Below are positions 1-10,499 of a stretch of 58,673 bases of DNA, piece after piece (within the stretch, counting starts at the first letter, position 1; every line of letters starts with the position of its first letter). The notes under the pieces are model-generated. The model did not search any database. It was not told the DNA's origin and saw nothing but the letters and a program-made list of their open reading frames with translations. A program made the translations under genes and the position numbers. The stretch is from a virus (taxonomy: Duplodnaviria; Caudoviricetes), in the IMG/VR virus record IMGVR_UViG_3300030329_002153, positions 1 through 58,673 of that record. The stretch is one strand, 5' to 3'.

Positions 1-85
1 ACGGTGGTCCGGGTTGGTGGCCGCCACAGCCGCCCGTCAAGCCACCGGGGCAGCGTCCGCCCGTCAAGCCACCGGGGCAGCGTCC
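1..85. repeat. Terminal direct repeat (copy 1), probable circular-assembly overlap
   Basis: Identical to 58589-58673; the reading frame is continuous across the join. Confidence 0.93.
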
Positions 86-1643
86 GCCCGTCAAGCCACC
101 GGGGCAGCGTCCACCCGTCAAGCCACCGGGACAGCGTCCACCCGTCAAGCCACCGGGACGGCCCGGTGGTGGACCAAGCTACGCTCCCGACTGGGTCGAT
201 CTAAGCCCCGGCCAGCCCAAGCTGATGGTGATGGTCGATTGGATAAATGATATTACGGGTGAGCGTAAACAGGTCACTTCCGGATATGGCCCCCCGGTGG
301 GAAGCGAAGGTTGGCGGCCCTTTAGACAGGGCGGCGGCCAGCAGCCTATAGACCCCGGCGGCATTCCGTCTGACGATGGCCAGCAGGTGGGCCGCCCGCC
401 GGTAGGCGGGGTGATTCCGCCGCCGCCGCCGGGTGGCTGGGATAAATTCCCAGAACATTGGGGCCAACCGCCACGACTGCAAGATAGGGGTCCGCAAGTT
501 AAGTTGCCCGGAAACTACGGGTGGGGTCAGGGTTCCATAATAGGCTGGATCCAGAGGAAGATGGAAGAGGACGCCCGAGTCGATCGCGGCCAGCAGCCTA
601 TAGACCCCGGCGGTGGCCAAGATGGTTGGTGGGGGCCTTCTGCTCCCGGCCGCCGCGACCGGGTATGGCATCCGGGCGGCAAACCCGTTTGGTGGCCAGC
701 AGCAGCAGGCACCAGCGGCCAGCAGCCTATAGACCCCGGCGGCATTCCGTCTGACGATCCGCCGGACGGAAAGTATTTCATCTCGTCCCGGCCCGGAGGA
801 CAGATCCCCGGTTACGAGTTCAGGCAGGGGCCACAAGGGGAGGGGTTCTACTGGGTTGGCAACCAGCAGCGCGGCGGCGGCGTCCCCCTTCCCGGCCAAG
901 GCGGCAGGCTTCCGGGTGGTGGCGCGCCCGGTGGCGCACCAGACCCCATCTGGGGTGGTCCGGGTCCAGCACCAGACTGGCGCGATACGCCCGACGTTAA
1001 ACCTAGGCAAGCTGGAAAGGGGAAGAATCGACCGCCGTGGGCCAAAGACCCCAAGATGAGCAACCCGCTCAACAGCACCAACTACCGGCAGCCAAACACC
1101 ACGCAGGGGTGGGCCACTTGGTGGAAGGAGCATTACTCATGGGGAGCCAATAAATCTGTCACCCACGCCAAGAATACAATCCTTGGCAAAGACCCCGGTG
1201 ACGGTCGTGGTCGACGTGGGGGGCTTGTGCTTTGGGGAGAAGAAAAGCTCGCGCGAAGGATATACGAGGAAGAAAAGCGAGAATACGTCGCTCGTATAGG
1301 TGGTGACTCAGACACTGCGGCGTATGCAAGGCAATCTAGAAACCTGTACCAGAGGGCGTTGGGTCTAATCCACATGGGTCTTTTCTCAGCCGAGGGACAC
1401 CCTGATTACAACATGGGTTCCGAAAAGAGAGCAATGGAAAAGAAAAGGGCGAAGCGCAAACGGATACGAGATCGCGACGAAGCAAATCAAAGAGCGATAG
1501 ACGAGGCATCAAAGGCACTGACAGAGCAGGCAAAAAAGAGAAGGGAAGAAGAGAACAGGCAGAGAGAGAAACATGGACTTCCTCCGATTCCGTGGGAACC
1601 CGTTCCCAGCTTTAGACCTCCGGGCGCAGTAGGAGCTAGATAA
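3..1643 (+). CDS. C-terminal part of a ~1180-aa Pro/Gly/Gln/Trp-rich low-complexity protein starting at 56689 and wrapping the join; probable virion protein
   Basis: Frame 3 is open from 3 to TAA 1641-1643 and is in phase with 56689-58588 after removing the overlap; PPVKPPGQR and GQQPIDPGG repeats; charged helical C-terminus. Confidence 0.8.
   Translation, partial: GGPGWWPPQPPVKPPGQRPPVKPPGQRPPVKPPGQRPPVKPPGQRPPVKPPGRPGGGPSYAPDWVDLSPGQPKLMVMVDWINDITGERKQVTSGYGPPVGSEGWRPFRQGGGQQPIDPGGIPSDDGQQVGRPPVGGVIPPPPPGGWDKFPEHWGQPPRLQDRGPQVKLPGNYGWGQGSIIGWIQRKMEEDARVDRGQQPIDPGGGQDGWWGPSAPGRRDRVWHPGGKPVWWPAAAGTSGQQPIDPGGIPSDDPPDGKYFISSRPGGQIPGYEFRQGPQGEGFYWVGNQQRGGGVPLPGQGGRLPGGGAPGGAPDPIWGGPGPAPDWRDTPDVKPRQAGKGKNRPPWAKDPKMSNPLNSTNYRQPNTTQGWATWWKEHYSWGANKSVTHAKNTILGKDPGDGRGRRGGLVLWGEEKLARRIYEEEKREYVARIGGDSDTAAYARQSRNLYQRALGLIHMGLFSAEGHPDYNMGSEKRAMEKKRAKRKRIRDRDEANQRAIDEASKALTEQAKKRREEENRQREKHGLPPIPWEPVPSFRPPGAVGAR
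31..159 (+). repeat. 27-bp coding tandem repeat (PPVKPPGQR), about 5 copies
   Basis: ccgcccgtcaagccaccggggcagcgt units; more copies at 58540-58673. Confidence 0.9.
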
Positions 1644-2920
1644 TGGCACATACATTACCTCCCCAGCCACCCGTAGATCCAAGGGCACAGTGGCACGAAG
1701 CCGCGAAGCAAAGAAAGGCTGCCGTGTACCAGAGGCGTGACCGGAGAAGACAGCAGCAGCAGCAGCAAAGACCGGCACCAGCAGGGAACCCCAACGCAAA
1801 ATACTCGGCTGGCGACAAGCTCCCCGGTGGGTGGAGATGGAAAGGCGACTGGATCGTAGACGACAGGGGCAATGTTGTCGGCAGAAGCGGTGAGATTAGT
1901 GTGCCGGGCTGGTTTCAAGACCAGCAACAACAGCAGCAGGGCGGTGGTCAGCAGCAGGAAGATAGAGATTGGAGAAGGGGGACGCTGCCCTCTCAACAAT
2001 GGGGAGGGCCGATAGATCAGATTCCGGACGACCCCCACTTTGACGTTCCTAATGCTGGCAGTGGCGACGACTGGGGGTTCGGTGACCAGCCCGGAGTTAG
2101 TCCGGGTCCGTGGATACCACCAGACCATCCGGCGATGAAGCCACCGAAGCCTGACCCCGGACAAAACCCGGATTTCCCTGACGACATAGACCCCGGATTT
2201 CCGGGTCCGTGGGATCCAGATGCTCAGGCACCAGACGATCCTCACTTTGTTGACGAACCAAATGTCCGCGACCCCGGATTTCCGGGTGTGATCAGGCCGG
2301 ACCCCGGCATCGGCGCGCCACCCGACGACCCGTGGGGAGGTGGCGGCTGGCCGGGGAATGACCATTTCCCTCAACCTTGGCCTGATGATTTGCCTAAGCC
2401 TCAACCTTGGCCTGATGATTTTCCTCAGCCTCAGCCTCAGCCTCAGCCGGGGCCAATTGGCCAGCCGGGACCAATTGGCCCGCCGGGTGCGCAAGGCCCG
2501 CCGGGTGCGCCGGGTGCGCCGGGTGCGCCGGGTGGAGGTGCCGGGGACATTGTCACTGGCATCAACCCGATTATTGGTGTGAACCCGATCAACGAGTTCA
2601 ACCCAATCAACGAGTTCAACCCAATATTCAACCCGATAATCAACATTCCAATCGGTGGCGGTGGATTCCAGCCTCAACCTATGCCACCAACTGTGATACA
2701 ATTGCCGGGACAACCGGCTCCTCCCCAAGCACCGATGCGTCCCCAGCAACAGAAAGCGGCTGCACCACAGTGGCTAACGCCCGGAGTGGTCAGCAGTTCT
2801 GGTGCTAAGACGGGCGGTCTGGCCCAGTCTCTGGGCGGGGGTGGCACTGGCGGCGGAAGAAACATGTTTGCAAGTGGCAGGAAGCCGCAATCACAATTCA
2901 GCTACGGTGTTAGGAGATAG
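1643..2920 (+). CDS. Pro/Gly/Asp/Gln-rich protein with a short collagen-like segment; putative virion protein
   Basis: 425-aa ORF coupled to the upstream gene (TAATG); GPIGQPGPIGPPGAQGPPGAPGAPGAPG followed by NPINEF repeats. Confidence 0.8.
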   Translation: MAHTLPPQPPVDPRAQWHEAAKQRKAAVYQRRDRRRQQQQQQRPAPAGNPNAKYSAGDKLPGGWRWKGDWIVDDRGNVVGRSGEISVPGWFQDQQQQQQGGGQQQEDRDWRRGTLPSQQWGGPIDQIPDDPHFDVPNAGSGDDWGFGDQPGVSPGPWIPPDHPAMKPPKPDPGQNPDFPDDIDPGFPGPWDPDAQAPDDPHFVDEPNVRDPGFPGVIRPDPGIGAPPDDPWGGGGWPGNDHFPQPWPDDLPKPQPWPDDFPQPQPQPQPGPIGQPGPIGPPGAQGPPGAPGAPGAPGGGAGDIVTGINPIIGVNPINEFNPINEFNPIFNPIINIPIGGGGFQPQPMPPTVIQLPGQPAPPQAPMRPQQQKAAAPQWLTPGVVSSSGAKTGGLAQSLGGGGTGGGRNMFASGRKPQSQFSYGVRR

Positions 2921-2922
2921 TA

Positions 2923-4143
2923 ATGGGTGTTGAGCGAACAGGTGGCTTGGGCGGTTACCGTGACGTTATCTACGGAGACCCCAACCGTCATGAGATCGCG
3001 CGGCAACTGTTCCAAGGCAGGCCAGCCGGTGCTGAGCATGGGGCTGGATCAGGCATTGGCAAACCTCCCCGAAGGCAGTTCCAGTCAATGATTGGAATGC
3101 CACAGCACAACCGGGCACTGTGGAGAGAGTCCACGACCGGCACCTACGAGATGCCGATGGACCTGATGTACGGCAGCTTGTCGTATAAAGGCAGACCTTC
3201 GTTTCCCGGTGCTATGCAAAATCGTTTTGACCAATCGTCCCGGCGTGGCGGTGGCGGTGGCTTCCCCGGCATGCCGGGCATGCCCGGCGGTGGCGGCGGG
3301 AGGGGCAAGATCAGAACCCCCGGCGGGGCTGAGTTCTACGGCAACGAAATGATCGACGTAATGTTCGATGATTTCCGGATCAAGAGGCAGATGGATCCGG
3401 TGATGGCCGACTTGTTCAAAACCCAGATGGATTACGAGGTCTCAAAGCTGAAGTTTGGGTCCGACGAAAGGATCAACGAGGCGAACATTGCCGCCGCACT
3501 GGAGCGGGCAGAGCTTGAGGCCAGCCTTTCAAGGGAGAAGATGGCCCTTGAGAAGGAACTGGCTGGTGCCCGCAACGAGTTAGAGCGATATAACATTGAG
3601 CAGCAGATGGCCCGTCTGGAGTTTCAGGCAGGCGAGCAGAGAGTGTTGCAGCAGAAGCAGCATGAAGCTGACATGGCACAGCTTACTCTCCGTGAGTCTG
3701 GAGAGACTGAGCGGGCCAGACTTCCGTTCGAATACAAGAGGGAAAGAGCAGAGATGTTCATGCCCCTTATCGAGCGGCTCCTTGGCGGCGGCATGGGCGG
3801 TGGCTGGGGTGGCGGGATGCCCCGAGAGGTTGGCCCAAACATTGCCGACAACACCCCGTCATTCGAGGGTGTCCTTCGCCGTGGTGTGAACGACATTGTT
3901 GGCAACACCATGGCCAACAGGGATGCTGCAATGTTGGGTGCAACAGCCAGCCAGACTGGACCCGAGGGTGGTGTTGGTGGCGGAACCACCGCCAACTACC
4001 TTGGTCCGTTGGCCCAGCACAGTGCTATCTCTGGAGCAACCGGCGGAATCAACGAATTGTTGCAGAACCTGTTGCAGCACAACCTTGGCCAGCGTCAAGC
4101 TAATGCCCAAACCATTGGTGCCCTCGCACCGTACCTGACGTAG
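2923..4143 (+). CDS. Putative internal virion/ejection protein (coiled coil, Gly-rich)
   Basis: 406-aa ORF with AGGAG RBS; central heptad-rich segment; podovirus ejection-gene position. Confidence 0.55.
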   Translation: MGVERTGGLGGYRDVIYGDPNRHEIARQLFQGRPAGAEHGAGSGIGKPPRRQFQSMIGMPQHNRALWRESTTGTYEMPMDLMYGSLSYKGRPSFPGAMQNRFDQSSRRGGGGGFPGMPGMPGGGGGRGKIRTPGGAEFYGNEMIDVMFDDFRIKRQMDPVMADLFKTQMDYEVSKLKFGSDERINEANIAAALERAELEASLSREKMALEKELAGARNELERYNIEQQMARLEFQAGEQRVLQQKQHEADMAQLTLRESGETERARLPFEYKRERAEMFMPLIERLLGGGMGGGWGGGMPREVGPNIADNTPSFEGVLRRGVNDIVGNTMANRDAAMLGATASQTGPEGGVGGGTTANYLGPLAQHSAISGATGGINELLQNLLQHNLGQRQANAQTIGALAPYLT

Positions 4144-4152
4144 GAGATACTG

Positions 4153-5910
4153 ATGGCACTCGCACCTAGCGGGCAGATGGCCGACGACCCGGAACTTCTC
4201 AAGCGTCTTCTAGAGAAGAATCTTGAGCGTCGCCGTGAAGCTCTACAGAATGGCGATACCGCAGAAGCCATGCGGATCATGGAGGAATCTGAGCAGCTAC
4301 ACCGCAGGCTTATGGCTATTGCTGATCCGGCGATGCGAGGCGGGGAAGGCTACGATCCGGAGCCGAAGCCAACAGAGGATGTGCAAAGCACTACCGCAGC
4401 ACCAGACTTGGCTGTTGAGGGAGAAAGAACAGGTCTGGCTCCTGACGACCCTAGGGTCAGGCGGGCTGAGCAGAGGGATGTGTCCCGGCAGCTTGGTCAG
4501 GGTGATGCCGAGCAGATCATGGCCAAGAGCGAGGCGGCTCGCCAGCAGCAATTGCGTTCCCCCACCGCAGCACACGGTGGCAGTGCCAACATGAATGCTA
4601 AGTTTGGACCCGGATCACCTCTGGGTGCCACGCCTGATGACCTCCCGTGGGATCGTCCGACACAGACAGACCCGGATGCTGACCCGGTCGGCATTGTTCC
4701 GGGCGACAGGCCGATCCGCATGCCGGGACGCCTTGAGCGTCGTGATCCCGGCCAAGGAATCTGGACCGGTGACATCAGTCGTCCAGACATGGACAAGCGG
4801 GTTCAAGAAGCAATGGACGGGCGTGGGTACTACGCCGACAAAATCAAAACGGGGATGAGTGAGGCTGAAGTCCGGGCTGTCATCGAACGTGGTGATATTG
4901 CCCAGCGGCAAAGGACTCGCGGTTCTCGCGCCAGCCTCAAAGAGGACCACGCCCTCGCCGCAAGGGCTAGAGCGCAGGGGCTTGGACTTGAGCCACCAGA
5001 ACTATATGAAACCACACAAGAGGGTGGGGGCAAAGTCACGAGGGGCAGCCGTGCCCACCTAACCCAAGCCCGTCGCCAAGAGCAGCAGCAGCGAGCATTC
5101 CTCCGTGCCAATCAGGGCAGGGGCGGGCTTCGCGGATCCCTGACAGGGGACGAGGGGGGCGATTCCGGGTTCGACCCAGTGCTGTACCAGAACCTTCTCA
5201 GGCAAGACCCGAGGGCAGCGGCTACCTACAGGTCAACCACCGCAAGAAACAGACAATTAGCTAAGCAAGCAGGAATAGACAGCCGAAGAGCAGATGCGGC
5301 ACAACGAACGAGTAACAGGCAAGTCGACATTGCACAACAGCGACTAAATTTGGAACAAAGAGATGCACAAAAAACGGAAACAGAACTACAAGAACAGAAG
5401 AATGACCCCGCAGTAGTGGCGACAAAAACGACGGGCCGGTTCGATGCTTACAAGAGTACAGAACAATACCCAGATCGCTGGCAGACATCAGTCGAAGAAG
5501 ATGACACGCTTGCTCCCAATGCCGGTGTGTCTACCGTAGGTCCGGAGCAGAAAGAACACTGGAAGCGTGTCGCTGCCATGAAGAACGCCGACACGGACAC
5601 AGAAACCGGGAAGTGGGACAAGCAAGCCTACTTGCAACTGAAGCACGTCTTTGACACCGGGTCATTCAAAACTCGGTATCAAGACAACGGGGCAGAGCAA
5701 TACGCCGACTGGATTCAGAAAAACCGGGAAGAATATGGCCTTCCGGGCTGGATGACTAGATCGCATATCATCATGGCCTATGGCCACTTCGGGACAAAGT
5801 CGGACGTGTACAAGAAGGAGTTGTTCAAGGAGCAGGACACAGGAATTATGCCCGGCACTTGGTTCGACAGAACATCTAGCCCTGAAGACTGGGACTTTCA
5901 CTTTAAGTAG
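4153..5910 (+). CDS. Putative internal virion/ejection protein
   Basis: 585-aa ORF with AGGAG RBS; charged helical composition; synteny. Confidence 0.55.
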   Translation: MALAPSGQMADDPELLKRLLEKNLERRREALQNGDTAEAMRIMEESEQLHRRLMAIADPAMRGGEGYDPEPKPTEDVQSTTAAPDLAVEGERTGLAPDDPRVRRAEQRDVSRQLGQGDAEQIMAKSEAARQQQLRSPTAAHGGSANMNAKFGPGSPLGATPDDLPWDRPTQTDPDADPVGIVPGDRPIRMPGRLERRDPGQGIWTGDISRPDMDKRVQEAMDGRGYYADKIKTGMSEAEVRAVIERGDIAQRQRTRGSRASLKEDHALAARARAQGLGLEPPELYETTQEGGGKVTRGSRAHLTQARRQEQQQRAFLRANQGRGGLRGSLTGDEGGDSGFDPVLYQNLLRQDPRAAATYRSTTARNRQLAKQAGIDSRRADAAQRTSNRQVDIAQQRLNLEQRDAQKTETELQEQKNDPAVVATKTTGRFDAYKSTEQYPDRWQTSVEEDDTLAPNAGVSTVGPEQKEHWKRVAAMKNADTDTETGKWDKQAYLQLKHVFDTGSFKTRYQDNGAEQYADWIQKNREEYGLPGWMTRSHIIMAYGHFGTKSDVYKKELFKEQDTGIMPGTWFDRTSSPEDWDFHFK

Positions 5911-5919
5911 GAGTCCCTG

Positions 5920-8900
5920 ATGTCACGGCTAAACGCACTGCTCCGCATGATGCGGAAGCAGGAAGAGGAGCGGCGCAGGCGGGAAGAGGAGGAGGCACTC
6001 CTCATAGGGATGACCCCAGAGGAGGAGGCCGCAGAGCGGTCCACTCTAGAGCATGCTGCCGACCTTCCCCTCAACGCCCTCGGTCTGGTCGGTGGTGTAC
6101 TGGACACGCCCGGATCGTGGGTCAGGAACCTCCTCTCTGGACGCAACCCCTTCAGGGGAACATTCGACTTCGACAGAAGAACAACTGGCGAAGAAATGTT
6201 GGAGGCGTGGGGTGCTGGCGAAGACCCCGGCTTCGCTGCGGGGTTCACTGCCGAGGTGCTACTTGATCCGCTGACGTATGTCGGACCCGGAATCTTAAGC
6301 AAGATCATGAAGGGTGCTGGCTTGGCTGGCAAGGGTTTGCGGGGCGTCACTAAGACAGCCGCCAGAAAATCAAAGCACTTGTCCAAGCTGGCTGAGGCGG
6401 CAGAGGCTGCCGGAAAACGGGCAGACCATTTAGACACCCTCTCTGACACAGACAGATACCTCACCGAACTGGGGGATCAAGCCAGAGGACTCAACGACGT
6501 TGATGGCAGCAGCGGGCTGTTCAAAAAGCGTCAGTCCATGGATGTGGTTACCCCGAAAGACATGGTCACGTTTGCTGACGAACCAGCAGAAGCTGCGGAA
6601 AGGCTGTTCCGTGCAGCCGAGGGGAGGGGGATTGAGGTTGGGTCTGATGACTTCATGAAGATGATGAACGAACCCATTGGTGCCTACCACATGGGTGTTC
6701 CTTTCTCTGGTGCTGGTTTGAAAGTTCCGTTCACCAGCATGAAGCCCCGGCACCTACCAAGAATGGAGGCGAGGCTCCCCGGAGGGGCGGCGTTGTCTCC
6801 ACTTATGGACGCGCTTGGCCACGGCATCGCCTACTCAGGCCCAGTCAGGTTCCTGTCCGAGAAGTTCTCTCCCTCAGCCGGTGGGTTTGGGACAGAGTTG
6901 TTCCAGCGAGAGGCTGGACCCGCCCTGCAAGATGCGGGTGAGGAGGCGGAAAGAAGAGCCAACGAGTTTTTCACTCGGGCGGCACAGGAGATTGGCTCTA
7001 CCAGAGCAATGGACATGGCCAATGTGGCTGAGACAACAGCTAGGGGGAAGGCGTTTCTGCAAAACCTGCCTAGGCTGCAACAATCCGCCTTGGCCGTGCT
7101 AGACCCCAGCGTCCAGCGTCACATACTAGAGCTTGGCGAAGAGGGTGCTGACATCTTGGGTAATATCTCTAGGTTGGACCCTGCCGACCTGAGAAAAATA
7201 CGCAATGTTCGTGATTTAGGGATGGCGGAAGTCGATGCCATCCATCGGAGGGCTGAGCAGCTTGGTGCTAAAGCCCACCTGCTGGACGAATCCCCGCTGC
7301 TTCACCGGGTTCCACAGAATACCGGTGCCGGTCCAAGGGTGTCTCCCACTGCCGTTGATCCAAACGTGGGAATATTCGGAGAGCAGGGGTACTGGCCCAG
7401 ATATGGTACGGGACTTCAGCGTGGCCGGGCAGCAGAAACCGGTGGTGCCATACTTGATGTAGAAGATCCAAGTGCTGTGTTTGGCAGGCGTGCTGAGTTG
7501 AAGGGTGTCAGTGGCGGCGAGGCAACTATCCAAGCCATCCTGAGAGACCCGGAAGTGGACGCTTTACGCAAGGCGATCCGAAGGATAAAGGCTCCGGGCA
7601 TCAGTCGCTTCATACCGAGCAATCCGTTCTACGGTGCCGGAAGGATGACGACGAAAACAAACTTGCAGAATTACCAGAGACAACTCAAGGATCTCATTTA
7701 TAAAAAATACGGGGTGACGACGGACGCCTCCCCTGTCACCAAGACGCGCACCAGATTTCGCCTGCCCGGAGCGGAGGCCGGAAGACAAACTATCACCACC
7801 ACGAACGTGGGGAGTGTGCTTCCAGCCAGAGTACCGGCTGTCGGCGGTGGCATTGCGGGTATCCCAAGAAAGTCTCAGCGAGGATTCTTTCACAACTCTG
7901 CCGAGGCAATGGGGCGTGCGGCTGACGAGGGAGAAGATGTGTTCGCAACCGTCAGAGACCAGACGGACGCCTTCTCTCACTGGGTTGAGAACATTACAGA
8001 CGAGCAGGTGAAGAAGGGAGTGTTCGGTAACGCGCCCATTGTCGATATGAAGAAGAGGGTTCTCGCGGGCATCGACTCCAACAGTGCTAAAGAAGTGTCT
8101 ATGGGTATGGTTGGGCGTCACGCCAAGTCCGACCTGCCGTTGTCGAGTGAGTTCCTCACCGCAGAGAAGGCGTTGAAGAAGATTGGTGTGGATCTGGGTG
8201 AGGCCGACGCAGACAACTTTGTCCGTGAGTTCATGGGGGAGGCGACGGCAAAGCAGATTCGTCAAACCCTGACTGATGCAGGGCAGGAGGCGAGTAGCAG
8301 GAACATTGTCGATTACTTCGCCAAGAACTTCCGTGTTGATGGGAGTTTTGCCGAAGAGCTTGGCCGAGTGAAGAATGCGTACACCACTGGCAAGGGCATG
8401 GAGTCCGTCCTGAACTTCGTGGACGGGTACATGAACATGTTCAAGGCCAATGTCACTGGCCCTCATGCGATGTACCAGTCTCGAAACCTCGTGTCTGGAC
8501 AGATAGAGAACGCAGTAGCTGGGATGTGGAGCAAGCGAAGCACTGGGCTTGTGCTTGGAATTATCCGGGGTGGCAAGGCTACTGGTGTTGAGACAATCCC
8601 CGTCGTCAAGGCGGAACTCAAGCGGCGGGGAATGGATATCAACTCAGAGAACGGGTTGAGGGTATTTGAGGAGATTGTCGAGCGGCATGGCGTGCCTCCA
8701 GACATGCACGTCATGCGTGATGTGGTTGGTCAGGCTGATTCTGGAAGGGCTGTCGACCGGCTCGACCCGTCAAGAGGTCTGTTTGGGTCTCGCAAGTTCA
8801 ATGTTCTTGAGAATGTTCCGCTTGTCGGTGGCCGGTGGTACGGTGTCGAGGGGCCAACGCTGCTTCACGCAGTTGGCAGGAAGCTGGGCAACTGGAGGTC

Positions 8901-10335
8901 TCGGTTCTTCCGAGACGATGGCACAGTGCCAGCGTTCAACCCCCTCGGGACGACACATGTGGCTGGGGCGTCACCTCTCAGGAAGCTGACTCCTGAAGAA
9001 TTGGCGGATAGGAACTTCCAGCGCAGCAGGTATCCCGGTGCTGGTGGTCCAGTTCGTGGGCCACGGGGCACACTCAGCAAGCTGGGTGCAAAAATTCGGG
9101 ACGCTATTCCGGGGTTCCGCGAAGCGACCTCAGAGTCCACATGGTCACCGGTTGTTGCCGGTCAGGAACTAGCCGACTTCACGGAGACATTGAACCGAGT
9201 GTCTCCGTTTGCTGAACTCTTGTGGAGAGGTGTTGATCCTGCTGAGGCGGCGAGAATTGTAAAGGGTGTTCAGGTTGACTATTCAAACAGGGCGTTCACC
9301 CGGTTTGAAACTGATGTCATGCAGAGGATCTTCCCGTTCTACAAGTTCACCCGCAAAAAGGGGGAGTGGGTTGCCAAGACGCTGGCCGAGCAGCCGGGCG
9401 GAAGGCTGGGCCAAGCTATCCGGGGGGCACGTCTTAATCGGGTAGAGGGCTACGTTCCTGAGCATGTGGCCGAGACGGCAAGCATCCCCTTGGGTGGACC
9501 GTTCGCCCCAGAGGAGGCGGGTCCGGGTGAGCGTCAGACGCACCGCTACCTGACCAGCCTCGGGTTCATGTTCGAAGACCCCATCCAAATGCTCTCCTCA
9601 TCTCCTTCTGAGATGGGTCGCGAACTGCTGTCTCGGGCCAACCCCCTGTTGAAGTACCCGCTTGAGGAGATTACAGGACAAACATTCTTCCAGAAGGGGC
9701 CACAGGGAGTGGGTGGCAGGCCACTGTCTGACCTAACCCCGATCCTTCCGGGGATACTGGCAAACCTTGGGGGCATTCCGACAGGCGACCAGCCGATTGG
9801 TGGTCCGGGTGGACTGACTGGACGAGAGGTTCGGAAGAAACTTGCCGAAACCTACAGGACAGCCGGGTTCGATGACGCTGAACACCTCCTCATGAACACA
9901 CCCCTTGCCCGGTGGGTGTCGGAGCTACGTCAGGCCACGTCTAATATTCCCCCCGCATTGGAGGGAGATACAAGCAGGCTACTGAGCTACCTCACTCGCA
10001 CAGCGACCGGCATGAGGCCCACCGACATCGAGGGATGGCAGCGTGAGATGGTCCGTCGCCAGAATCTTGAGCAGGCGATGCGAGGTTTGGGTGGTGTGGA
10101 AGAGTTCCAGAAGCTATACTACCCCAAGGCAGCTTTCGCGGGCATGCCTGAAGAAGAAGCTGCGGAGAAGCTGGCACTGCAAGACTTGCACGCCAGCCTT
10201 TCCAAGGCAGCAAGGGCGAGGTCGAAAGCACGGCTGGGTGATCTGGCCAAGAGACAGGAACGAGAGAAGGAATTGCAGGAACTGCTGGAGTATCTTCGGG
10301 CGTCCCGCTCGTACCAGCTTCAAGGACTCGAATGA
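5920..10335 (+). CDS. Large internal virion (DNA ejection / polyvalent-type) protein
   Basis: 1471-aa ORF with AGGAG RBS; N-terminal EVLLDPLTYVGPG; C-terminal DYS..FT.FE..VM.RIFPFY.F and ANPLLKYPLE motifs typical of large podoviral injected proteins. Confidence 0.7.
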   Translation: MSRLNALLRMMRKQEEERRRREEEEALLIGMTPEEEAAERSTLEHAADLPLNALGLVGGVLDTPGSWVRNLLSGRNPFRGTFDFDRRTTGEEMLEAWGAGEDPGFAAGFTAEVLLDPLTYVGPGILSKIMKGAGLAGKGLRGVTKTAARKSKHLSKLAEAAEAAGKRADHLDTLSDTDRYLTELGDQARGLNDVDGSSGLFKKRQSMDVVTPKDMVTFADEPAEAAERLFRAAEGRGIEVGSDDFMKMMNEPIGAYHMGVPFSGAGLKVPFTSMKPRHLPRMEARLPGGAALSPLMDALGHGIAYSGPVRFLSEKFSPSAGGFGTELFQREAGPALQDAGEEAERRANEFFTRAAQEIGSTRAMDMANVAETTARGKAFLQNLPRLQQSALAVLDPSVQRHILELGEEGADILGNISRLDPADLRKIRNVRDLGMAEVDAIHRRAEQLGAKAHLLDESPLLHRVPQNTGAGPRVSPTAVDPNVGIFGEQGYWPRYGTGLQRGRAAETGGAILDVEDPSAVFGRRAELKGVSGGEATIQAILRDPEVDALRKAIRRIKAPGISRFIPSNPFYGAGRMTTKTNLQNYQRQLKDLIYKKYGVTTDASPVTKTRTRFRLPGAEAGRQTITTTNVGSVLPARVPAVGGGIAGIPRKSQRGFFHNSAEAMGRAADEGEDVFATVRDQTDAFSHWVENITDEQVKKGVFGNAPIVDMKKRVLAGIDSNSAKEVSMGMVGRHAKSDLPLSSEFLTAEKALKKIGVDLGEADADNFVREFMGEATAKQIRQTLTDAGQEASSRNIVDYFAKNFRVDGSFAEELGRVKNAYTTGKGMESVLNFVDGYMNMFKANVTGPHAMYQSRNLVSGQIENAVAGMWSKRSTGLVLGIIRGGKATGVETIPVVKAELKRRGMDINSENGLRVFEEIVERHGVPPDMHVMRDVVGQADSGRAVDRLDPSRGLFGSRKFNVLENVPLVGGRWYGVEGPTLLHAVGRKLGNWRSRFFRDDGTVPAFNPLGTTHVAGASPLRKLTPEELADRNFQRSRYPGAGGPVRGPRGTLSKLGAKIRDAIPGFREATSESTWSPVVAGQELADFTETLNRVSPFAELLWRGVDPAEAARIVKGVQVDYSNRAFTRFETDVMQRIFPFYKFTRKKGEWVAKTLAEQPGGRLGQAIRGARLNRVEGYVPEHVAETASIPLGGPFAPEEAGPGERQTHRYLTSLGFMFEDPIQMLSSSPSEMGRELLSRANPLLKYPLEEITGQTFFQKGPQGVGGRPLSDLTPILPGILANLGGIPTGDQPIGGPGGLTGREVRKKLAETYRTAGFDDAEHLLMNTPLARWVSELRQATSNIPPALEGDTSRLLSYLTRTATGMRPTDIEGWQREMVRRQNLEQAMRGLGGVEEFQKLYYPKAAFAGMPEEEAAEKLALQDLHASLSKAARARSKARLGDLAKRQEREKELQELLEYLRASRSYQLQGLE

Positions 10336-10348
10336 AACGAGGTGATCC

Positions 10349-10477
10349 ATGCCTAACCCGAATCCCAAGACCGGCGGAACCAAGACTCCCATCGCTGAGC
10401 CGAAGCCGAACTTCCCGTCCGGTGCGGTGAAGAATGTTGAAGGCAGTGCCGACACGGGCAAAGCCGTCAAGAAGTAG
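10349..10477 (+). CDS. Small 42-aa protein (MPNPNPKTGGTKTPIAEPKPNFPSGAVKNVEGSADTGKAVKK)
   Basis: GAGGTG RBS; lies just before a terminator; below the ORF-track cutoff. Confidence 0.6.
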   Translation: MPNPNPKTGGTKTPIAEPKPNFPSGAVKNVEGSADTGKAVKK

Positions 10478-10499
10478 AGGCCGCCCCACCGGCTTCCAG

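Noticed and set aside
1-85. Biological terminal repeat of the virion DNA
   Set aside because: It falls inside a coding tandem repeat and preserves the frame, so an assembler overlap at a repeat is more likely.
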